Assembly (NCBI GenBank): GCA_002189035.1
Contig: NEEC01000411.1
Coordinates: 1 to 38,488, forward strand
DNA from: Utricularia gibba
Lineage: Eukaryota > Plantae > Magnoliophyta
Length of the DNA: 38,488 nucleotides
Reading direction: 5' to 3'
Within the stretch, counting starts at the first letter, position 1. Each line of letters opens with the position of its first letter. The notes below the pieces were generated by a model. That model made no database searches. It was given only the letters and a program-made list of their open reading frames with translations, and was not told the origin of the DNA. This document shows, in pieces, positions 1-10,770 of the stretch. Made by a program: the position numbers and the translations under genes.

Positions 1-167
1 GTATACCATGTCTCTAGTGGCTATTTGATTCTTTTGCCTTGTATGTTGTTCGCATCAATTTCGAGAACATGAAGCACATTATAAAATGCAGTCACCACGG
101 AATGCCACGTGAGACACTTTTCGTTGTGGCTTGTTTTTAATATGTCCACAGTTATCGGACAACGTAA

Positions 168-189
168 CTCCAAATTATAATACTTGGAG
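168..189. other. Near-perfect palindrome / stem-loop CTCCAA-ATTATAAT-AC-TTGGAG, once per monomer
   Basis: Removing the AC leaves a perfect 20-bp palindrome, CTCCAAATTA|TAATTTGGAG. It can also fold as a 6-bp stem with a 10-nt loop, ATTATAATAC. It is essentially intact in all copies, including the most degraded ones. Coordinates are for copy 1. Function is unknown. Confidence 0.85.
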
Positions 190-202
190 CTCGAAAAGGG
201 CT

Positions 203-389
203 TCCCAACAGTGTGCTATGAAGAGCAAGGATCTGCATGTTATGCAAGAGGTGCTTCGCGGACCAGGATGTGCGACGTAGTCATTTCATTGCGCATCATC
301 ATTCGGGGTGCATCCTAAAAATCACACGTGCACGGGATTCATTAAAAATAAATATTTACGCATATCCAGAGTGTATAACAGTGTTGGGA
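203..389. repeat. Imperfect 12-bp inverted repeat pair in each monomer (TCCCAACAGTGT at 203-214, ACAGTGTTGGGA at 378-389)
   Basis: The reverse complement of 378-389 is TCCCAACACTGT, an 11/12 match to 203-214. The arms also share the direct 8-mer AACAGTGT. Coordinates are for copy 1. Confidence 0.75.
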
Positions 390-3300
390 TAAGTGATGCC
401 ACGAAATTCATGATGTAGCATGTGACTTTTTCCAACTTGATCGCATAGTAGATGAATTCTGACACCATATGTTTTGGCTGATTGATGCATTTAGTTGCTA
501 TGATACTTCTGATTCTTGATGCACCATTCCCGTATACCATGTCTCTAGTGGCTATTTGATTCTTTTGCCTTGTATGTTGTTCGCATCAATTTCGAGAACA
601 TGAAGCACATTATTAAATGCAGTCACCACGGAATGCCACGTGAGACACTTTTCGTTGTGGCTTTTTTAATATGTCCACAGTTATCGGACAAACGTAACTC
701 CAAATTATAATACTTGGAGCTCGAAAGGGCTTCCAACAGTGTGCTATGAAGAGCAAGGATCTGCATGTTATGAAGAGGTGCTTCGCGGACCAGGATGTGC
801 GACGTAGTCATTTCATTGCGCATCATCATTCGGGGTGCATCCTAAAAATCACACGTGCACGGGATTCATTAAAATAAATATTTACGCATATCCAGAGTGT
901 ATAACAGTGTTGGGATAAGTGATGCCACGAAATTCATGATGTAGCATGTGACTTTTTTCCAACTTGATCGCATAGTAGATGAATTCTGACACCATATGTT
1001 TTGGCTTTTGATTGATGCATTTAGTTGCTATGATACTTCTGATTCTTGATGCACCATTCCGTATACCATGTCTCTAGTGGCTATTTGATTCTTTTGCTGT
1101 ATGTTGTTCGCATCAATTTCGAGAACAGAAGCACATTATTAAATGCAGTCACCACGGAATGCCACGTGAGACACTTTTCGTTGTGGCTTGTTTTTAATAT
1201 GTCCACAGTTATCGGACAAACGTAACTCCAAATTATAATACTTGGAGCTCGAAAAGGGCTTCCAAACAGTGTGCTATGAAGAGCAAGGATCTGCATGTTA
1301 TGCAAGAGGTGCTTCGCGGACCAGGATGTGCGACGTAGTCATTTCATTGCGCATCATCATTCGGGGTGCATCCTAAAAATCACACGTGCACGGATTCATT
1401 AAAAATAAATATTTACGCATATCCAGAGTGTATAAAAGTGTTGGGATAAGTGATGCCACGAAATTCATGATGTAGCATGTGACTTTTTTCCAACTTGATC
1501 GCATAGTAGATGAATTCTGACACCATATGTTATTGATGCATTTAGTTGCTATGATACTTCTGATTCTTGATGCACCATTCCCGTATACCATGTCTCTAGT
1601 GGCTATTTGATTCTTTTGCTTGTATGTTGTTCGCATCAATTTCGAGAACATGAAGCACATTATTAAATGCAGTCACCACGGAATGCCACGTGAGACACTT
1701 TCGTTGTGGCTTGTTTTTTAATATGTCCACAGTTATCGGACAAACGTAACTCCAAATTATAATACTTGGAGCTCGAAAAGGGCTTCCAACAGTGTGCTAT
1801 GAAGAGCAAGGATCTGCATGTTATGCAGAGGTGCTTCGCGGACCAGGATGTGCGACGTAGTCATTTCATTGCGCATCATCATTCGGGGTGCATCCTAAAA
1901 ATCACACGTGCACGGGATTCATTAAAAATAAATATTTACGCATATCCAGAGTGTATAACAGTGTTGGGATAAGTGATGCACGAAATTCATGATGTAGCAT
2001 GTGACTTTTTTCCAACTTGATCGCATAGTAGATGAATTCTGACACCATATGTTTTGGCTTTTGATTGATGCATTTAGTTGCTATGATACTTCTGATTCTT
2101 GATGCACCATTCCCGTATACCATGTCTCTAGTGGCTATTTGATTCTTTTGCCTTGTATGTTGTTCGCATCAATTTTCGAGAACATGAAGCACATTATTAA
2201 ATGCACCACGGAATGCCACGTGAGACACTTTTCGTTGTGGCTTGTTTTTAATATGTCCACAGTTATCGGACAAACGTAACTCAAATTAAATACTTGGAGC
2301 TCGAAAAGGGCTTCCCAACAGTGTGCTATGAAGAGCAAGGATCTGCATGTTATGCAAGAGGTGCTTCGCGGACCAGGATGTGCGACGTAGTCATTTCATT
2401 GCGCATCATCATTCGGGGTGCATCCTAAAAATCACACGTGCACGGATTCATTAAAAATAAATATTTACGCATATCCAGAGTTATAACAGTGTTGGGATAA
2501 GTGATGCCACGAAATTCATGATGTAGCATGTGACTTTTTTCCAACTTGATCGCATAGTAGATGAATTCTGACACCATATGTTTTGGCGATTGATGCATTT
2601 AGTTGCTATGATACTTCTGATTCTTGATGCACCATTCCCGTATACCATGTCTCTAGTGGCTATTTGATTCTTTTGCCTTGTATGTTGTTCGCATCAATTT
2701 CGAGAACATGAAGCACATTATTAAATGCAGTCACCACGGAATGCCACGTGAGACACTTTTCGTTGTGGCTTGTTTTTAATATGTCCACAGTTATCGGACA
2801 AACGTAACTCCAAATTATAATACTTGGAGCTCGAAAAGGGCTTCCCAACAGTGTGCTATGAAGAGCAAGGATCTGCATGTTATGCAAGAGGTGCTTCGCG
2901 GGGATGTGCGACGTAGTCATTTCATTGCGCACATCATTCGCATCCTAAAATCACACGTGCACGGGATTCATTAAAAATAAATATTTACGCATATCCAGAT
3001 GTATAACAGTGTATAAGTGATGCACGAAATTCATGATGTAGCATGTGACTTTTTCCAACTTGATCGCATAGTAGATGAATTCTGACACCATATGTTTTGG
3101 CTTTTGATTGATGCATTTAGTTGCTATGATACTTCTGATTCTTGATGCACCATTCCCGTATACCATGTCTCTAGTGGCTATTTGATTCTTTTGCCTTGTA
3201 TGTTGTTCGCATCAATTTCGAGAACATGAAGCACATTATTAAATGCAGTCACCACGAATGCCACGTGAGACACTTTCGTTGTGGCTTTTTTAATATGTCC

Positions 3301-6300
3301 ACAGTTATCGGACAAACGTAACTCCAAATTATAATACTTGGAGCTCGAAAAGGGCTTCCCAACAGTGTGCTATGAAGAGCAAGGATCTGCATGTTATGCA
3401 AGAGGTGCTTCGCGGACCAGGATGTGCGACGTAGTCATTTCATTGCGCATCATCATTCGGTGCATCCTAAAAATCACACGTGCACGGGATTCATTAAAAA
3501 AATATTTACGCATATCCAGAGTGTATAACAGTGTTGGGATAAGTGATGCCACGAAATTCATGATGTAGCATGTGACTTTTTCCAACTTGATCGCATAGTA
3601 GATGAATTCTGACACCATATTGTTTTGGCTTTTGATTGATGCATTTAGTTGCTATGATACTTCTGATTCTTGATGCACCATTCCCGTATACCATGTCTCT
3701 AGTGGCTATTTGATTCTTTTGCCTTGTATGTTGTTCGCATCAATTTCGAGAACATGAAGCACATTATTAAATGCAGTCACCACGGAATGCCACGTGAGAC
3801 ACTTTCGTTGTGGCTTGTTTTTAATATGTCCACAGTTATCGGACAAACGTAACTCCAAATTATAATACTTGGAGCTCGAAAAGGGCTTCCCAACAGTGCT
3901 ATGAAGAGCAAGGATCTGCATGTTATGCAGAGGTGCTTCGCGGACCAGGATGTGCGACGTAGTCATTCATTGCGCATCATCATTCGGGGTGCATCCTAAA
4001 AATCACACGTGCACGGATTCATTAAAAATAAATATTTACGCATATCCAGAGTGTATAAAAGTGTTGGGATAAGTGATGCCACGAAATTCATGATGTAGCA
4101 TGTGACTTTTTTCCAACTTGATCGCATAGTAGATGAATTCTGACACCATATGTTTTGGCTTTGATTGATGCATTTAGTTGCTATGATACTTCTGATTCTT
4201 GATGCACCATTCCCGTATACCATGTCTCTAGTGGCTATTTGATTCTTTTGCCTTGTATGTTGTTCGCATCAATTTCGAGAACATGAAGCACATTATTAAA
4301 TGCAGTCACCACGGAATGCCACGTGAGACACTTTTCGTTGTGGCTTTTTTTAATATGTCCACAGTTATCGGACAAACGTAACTCCAAATTATAATACTTG
4401 GAGCTCGAAAAGGGCTTCCAACAGTGTGCTATGAAGAGCAAGGATCTGCATGTTGCAAGAGGTGCTTCGCGGACCAGGATGTGCGACGTAGTCATTTCAT
4501 TGCGCATCATCATTCGGGGTGCATCCTAAAACACACGTGCACGGATTCATTAAAAATAAATATTTACGCATATCCAGAGTGTATAACAGTGTTGGGATAA
4601 GTGATGCACGAAATTCATGATGTAGCATGTGACTTTTTTCCAACTTGATCGCATAGTAGATGAATTCTGACACCATATGTTTTGGCTTTTTGATTGATGC
4701 ATTTAGTTGCTATGATACTTCTGATTCTTGATGCACCATTCCCGTATACCATGTCTCTAGTGGCTATTTGATTCTTTTGCCTTGTATGTTGTTCGCATCA
4801 ATTTCGAGAACATGAAGCACATTATTAAATGCAGTCACCACGGAATGCCACGTGAGACACTTTTCGTTGTGGCTTGTTTTTAATATGTCCACAGTTATCG
4901 GACAAACGTAACTCCAAATTATAATACTTGGAGCTCGAAAAGGGCTTCCCAACAGTGTGCTATGAAGAGCAAGGATCTGCATGTTATGCAAGAGGTGCTT
5001 CGCGGACCAGGATGTGCGACGTAGTCATTTCATTGCGCATCATCATTCGGGGTGCATCCTAAAAATCACACGTGCACGGGATTCATTAAAAATAAATATT
5101 TACGCATATCCAGAGTGTATAACAGTGTTGGGATAAGTGATGCCACGAAATTCATGATGTAGCATGTGACTTTTTTCCAACTTGATCGCATAGTAGATGA
5201 ATTCTGACACCATATGTTTTGGCTTTTTGATGCATTTAGTTGCTATGATACTTCTGATTCTTGATGCACCATTCCCGTATACCATGTCTCTAGTGGCTAT
5301 TTGATTCTTTTGCCTTGTATGTTGTTCGCATCAATTTCGAGAACATGAAGCACATTATTAAATGCAGTCACCACGGAATGCCACGTGAGACACTTTTCGT
5401 TGTGGCTTGTTTTTAATATGTCCACAGTTATCGGACAAACGTAACTCCAAATTATAATACTTGGAGCTCGAAAAGGGCTTCCCAACAGTGTGCTATGAAG
5501 AGCAAGGATCTGCATGTTATGCAGAGGTGCTTCGCGGACCAGGATGTGCGACGTAGTCATTTCATTGCGCATCATCATTCGGGGTGCATCCTAAAAATCA
5601 TGCACGGATTCATTAAAATAAATATTTACGCATATCCAGAGTATATAACAGTGTTGGGATAAGTGATGCCACGAAATTCATGATGTAGCATGTGACTTTT
5701 TTCCAACTTGATCGCATAGTAGATGAATTCTGACACCATATGTTATTGATGCATTTAGTTGCTATGATACTTCTGATTCTTGATGCACCATTCCCGTATA
5801 CCATGTCTCTAGTGGCTATTTGATTTTTTGCCTTGTATGTTGTTCGCATCAATTTCGAGAACATGAAGCACATTATTAAATGCAGTCACCACGGAATGCC
5901 ACGTGAGACACTTTTCGTTGTGGCTTGTTTTTAATATGTCCACAGTTATCGGACAAACGTAACTCCAAATTATAATACTTGGAGCTCGAAAGGGCTTCCA
6001 ACAGTGTGCTATGAAGAGCAAGGATCTGCATGTTATGCAAGAGGTGCTTCGCGGAGGATGTGCGACGTAGTCATTTCATTGCGCATCATCATTCGGGGTG
6101 CATCCTAAAAATCACACGTGCACGGGATTCATTAAAAATAAATATTTACGCATATCCAGAGTGTATAACAGTGTTGGGATAAGTGATGCCACGAAATTCA
6201 TGATGTAGCATGTGACTTTTTTCCAACTTGATCGCATAGTAGATGAAGTCTGACACCATATGTTTTGGCTTTGATTGATGCATTTAGTTGCTATGATACT

Positions 6301-7382
6301 TCTGATTCTTGATGCACCATTCCCGTATACCATGTCTCTAGTGGCTATTTGATTCTTTTGCCTTGTATGTTGTTCGCATCAATTTCGCATGAAGCACATT
6401 ATTAAATGCATCACCACGGAATGCCACGTGAGACACTTTTCGTTGTGGCTTGTTTTTAATATGTCCACAGTTATCGGACAAACGTAACTCCAAATTATAA
6501 TACTTGGAGCTCGAAAAGGGCTTCCCAACAGTGTGCTATGAAGAGCAAGGATCTGCATGTTATGCAAGAGGTGCTTCGCGGACCAGGATGTGCGACGTAG
6601 TCATTTCATTGCGCATCATCATTCGGGGTGCATCCTAAAAATCACACGTGCACGGATTCATTAAAAATAAATATTTACGCATATCCAGAGTGTATAACAG
6701 TGTTGGGATAAGTGATGCCACGAAATTCATGATGTAGCATGTGACTTTTTTCCAACTTGATCGCATAGTAGATGAATTCTGACACCATATGTTTTGGCTT
6801 TTGATTGATGCATTTAGTTGCTATGATACTTCTGATTCTTGATGCACCATTCCCGTATACCATGTCTCTAGTGGCTATTTGATTCTTTTGCCTTGTATGT
6901 TGTTCGCATCAATTTCGAGAACATGAAGCACATTATTAAATGCAGTCACCACGGAATGCCACGTGAGACACTTTTCGTTGTGGCTTGTTTTTAATATGTC
7001 CACAGTTATCGGACAAACGTAACTCCAAATTATAATACTTGGAGCTCGAAAAGGGCTTCCAATGTGCTATGAAGAGCAAGGATCTGCATGTTATGCAAGA
7101 GGTGCTTCGCGGAAGGATGTGCGACGTAGTCATTTCATTGCGCATCATCATTCGGGGTGCATCCTAAAAATCACACGTGCACGGGATTCATTAAAAATAA
7201 ATATTTACGCATATCCAGAGTGTATAACAGTGTTGGGATAAGTGATGCCACGAAATTCATGATGTAGCATGTGACTTTTTTCCAACTTGATCGCATAGTA
7301 GATGAATTCTGACACCATATTTTGGCTTTTGATTGATGCATTTAGTTGCTATGATACTTCTGATTCTTGATGCACCATTCCC

Positions 7383-10300
7383 GTATACCATGTCTCTAGT
7401 GGCTATTTGATTCTTTTCCTTGTATGTTGTTCGCATCAATTTCGAGAACATGAAGCACATTATTAAATGCATGCCACGTGAGACACTTTTCGTTGTGGCT
7501 TTTTTAATATGTCCACAGTTATCGGACAAACGTAACTCCAAATTATAATACTTGGAGCTCGAAAAGGGCTTGTGCTATGAAGAGCAAGGATCTGCATGTT
7601 ATGCAAGAGGTGCTTCGCGGACCAGGATGTGCGACGTAGTCATTTCATTGCGCATCATCATTCGGGTGCATCCTAAAAATCACACGTGCACGGGATTCAT
7701 TAAAAATAAATATTTACGCATATCCAGAATAACAGTGTTGGGATAAGTGATGCCACGAAATTCATGATGTAGCATGTGACTTTTTTCCAACTTGATCGCA
7801 TAGTACTGACACCATATGTTTTGGCTTGATTGATGCATTTAGTTGCTATGATACTTCTGATTCTTGATGCACCATATACCATGTCTCTAGTGGCTATTTG
7901 ATTCTTTTTTGTATGTTGTTCGCATCAATTTCGAGAACATGAAGCACATTATTAAATGCAGTCACCACGGAATGCCACGTGAGACACTTTTCGTTGTGGC
8001 TTGTTTTTAATATGTCCACAGTTATCGACAAACGTAACTCCAAATTATAATACTTGGAGCTCGAAAAGGGCTTCCCAACAGTGTGCTATGAAGAGCAAGG
8101 ATCTGCATGTTATGCAGAGGTGCTTCGCGGAGGATGTGCGACGTAGTCATTTCATTGCGCATCATCATTCGGGGTGCATAAAAATCACACGTGCACGGAT
8201 TCATTAAAAATAAATATTTACGCATATCCAGAGTGGTGTTGGGATAAGTGATGCCACGAAATTCATGATGTAGCATGTGACTTTTTTCCAACTTGATCGC
8301 ATAGTAGATGAATTCTGACACCATATGTTTTGCCATTTAGTTGCTATGATGATTCTTGATGCACCATTCCCGTATACCATGTCTCTAGTGGCTATTTGAT
8401 TCTTTTGCCTTGTATGTTGTTCGCATCAATTTCGAGAACATGAAGCACATTATTAGCAGTCACCACGGAATGCCACGTGAGACACTTTTCGTTGTGGCTT
8501 TTTTTAATATGTCCACAGTTATCGGACAAACGTAACTCCAAATTATAATACTTGGAGCTCGAAAAGAACAGTGTGCTATGAAGAGCAAGGATCTGCATGT
8601 ATGCTGCTTCGTGCGACGTAGTCATTTCATTGCGCATCATCATTCGGGGTGCAGTGCATTCATTAAAAATAAATATTTACGCATATCCAGACAGTGTCAC
8701 GAAATTCATGATGTAGCATGTGACTTTTTTCCAACTTGATCGCATAGTAGATGAATTCTGACACCATATGTTTTGGCTTTTGATTGATGCATTTAGTTGC
8801 TATGATACTTCTGATTCTTGATGCACCATTCCCATACCATGTCTCTAGTGGCTATTTGATTCTTTTGCCTTGTATTGTTCGCATCAATTTCGAGAACATG
8901 AAGCACATTATTAAATGCAGTCACCACGGAATGCCACGTGAGACACTTTTCGTTGTGGCTTGTTTTTAATATGTCCACAGTTATCGGACAAACGTAACTC
9001 CAAATTATAATACTTGGAGCTCGAAAAGGGCTTCCCAACAGTGTGCTATGAAGAGCAAGGATCTGCATGTTATGCAAGAGGTGCTTCGCGGACCAGGATG
9101 TGCGACGTAGTCATTTCATTGCGCATCATCATTCGGGGTGCATCCTAAAAATCACACGTGCACGGATTCATTAAAAATAAATATTTACGCATATCCAGAG
9201 TGTATAACAGTGTTGGGATAAGTGATGCACGAAATTCATGATGTAGCATGTGACTTTTTTCCAACTTGATCGCATAGTAGATGAATTCTGACACCATATG
9301 TTTTGGCTTTTGATTGATGCATTTAGTTGCTATGATACTTCTGATTCTTGATGCACCATTCCCGTATACCATGTCTCTAGTGGCTATTTGATTCTTTTGC
9401 CTTGTATGTTGTTCGCATCAATTTCGAGAACATGAAGCACATTATTAAATGCAGTCACCACGGAATGCACGTGAGACACTTTTCGTTGTGGCTTGTTTTT
9501 AATATGTCCACAGTTATCGGACAAACGTAACTCCAAATTATAATACTTGGAGCTCGAAAAGGGCTTCCAACAGTGTGCTATGAAGAGCAAGGATCTGCAT
9601 GTTATGCCTTCGCGGACCAGGATGTTAGTCATTTCATTGCGCATCATCATTCGGGGTGCAAAAAATCACACGTGCACGGATTCATTAAAAATAAATATTT
9701 ACGCATATCCACCACGAAATTCATGATGTAGCATGTGACTTTTTTCCAACTTGATCGCATAGTCTGACACCATATGTTTTGGCTTTGATTGATGCATTTA
9801 GTTGCTATGATACTTCTGATTCTTGATGCACCATTCCCGTATACCATGTCTCTAGTGGCTATTTGATTCTTTTGCCTTGTATGTTGTTCGCATCAATTTC
9901 GAGAACATGAAGCACATTATTAAATGCAGTCGGAATGCCACGTGAGACACTTTTCGTTGTGGCTTGTTTTTAATATGTCCACAGTTATCGGACAAACGTA
10001 ACTCCAAATTATAATACTTGGAGCTCGAAAGGGCTTTGTGCTATGAAGAGCAAGGATCTGCATGTTATGCTGCTTCGCGGACCAGGATGTGCGACGTAGT
10101 CATTTCATTGCGCATCATCATTCGGGGTGCATCCTAAAAATCACACGTGCACGGATTCATTAAAAATAAATATTTACGCATATCCAGAGTGTATAACAGT
10201 GTTGGGATAAGTGATGCACGAAATTCATGATGTAGCATGTGACTTTTTTCCAACTTGATCGCATAGTAGATGAATTCTGACACCATATGTTTTGGCTTTG

Positions 10301-10770
10301 ATTGATGCATTTAGTTGCTATGATACTTCTGATTCTTGATGCACCATTCCCGTATACCATGTCTCTAGTGGCTATTTGATTCTTTTGCCTTGTATGTTGC
10401 ATCAATTTCGAGAACATGAAGCACATTATTAAATGCAATCACCACGGAATGCCACGTGAGACACTTTTCGTTGTGGCTTGTTTTTAATATGTCGGACAAA
10501 CGTAACTCCAAATTATAATACTTGGAGCTTTTATGTCTGCAATGCCCACAACCCATATTTCATGCGGGTGCATCCTAAAATCACACGTTTCATTACGCAT
10601 ATCCAGAGTGTATAACAGTGTTGGGATAAGTGATGCCACGAAATTCATGATGTAGCATGTGACTTTTTTCCAACTTGATCGCATAGTAGATGAACTGACA
10701 CCATATGTTTTGGCTTTTGATTGATGCATTTAGTTGCTATGATACTTCTGATTCTTGATGCACCATTCCC
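7383..10770. repeat. Block of heavily deleted monomers (copies 15-21)
   Basis: Copy lengths are about 491, 498, 461, 531, 475, 513 and 419 bp versus the 536-bp consensus. The sequence is the same monomer with multi-base deletions. Confidence 0.85.

Noticed and set aside
14-18. Helitron 3' terminus (CTAG|T)
   Set aside because: The expected GC-rich 16-20 nt hairpin about 10-15 nt upstream is absent.
176-181. Sigma70 promoter from the perfect TATAAT, present on both strands
   Set aside because: There is no TTGACA-like -35 element at 16-18 bp on either strand. The hexamer is simply the centre of the palindrome.
449-471. Baculovirus hr-like palindrome centred on the EcoRI site
   Set aside because: The flanks (GTAGAT and TGACAC) do not form the ~30-bp imperfect palindrome typical of hrs, and the site itself is variable among copies.
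1-531. cDNA concatemer of a viroid, retrozyme or Obelisk-like circular RNA
   Set aside because: There is no hammerhead core (CTGATGA...GAAA) on either strand and no evident rod-like self-complementarity across the monomer. I could not run a folding or covariance-model search.
1-531. Trimer of ~178-bp nucleosome-sized subunits (536/3)
   Set aside because: Manual comparison of the three thirds showed no colinear similarity. Shared short motifs occur at inconsistent offsets (about 170, 220, 242, 286 and 295 bp).
1-531. Assignment to named repeats of similar size (Toxoplasma 529-bp element, Phaseolus khipu 528 bp, Apis AvaI 547 bp) or to kinetoplast minicircles
   Set aside because: The Toxoplasma element is GA-rich and unlike this sequence. 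There is no AvaI site (CYCGRG) in the consensus and no CSB-3 GGGGTTGGTGTA. For khipu only the size is similar, and I cannot verify the sequence without a search.
1-531. Excess of 6-bp restriction palindromes suggesting a synthetic construct
   Set aside because: I counted about 12 against roughly 8 expected by chance. They are not clustered as a polylinker, and no vector, adapter or tag sequence is recognisable.
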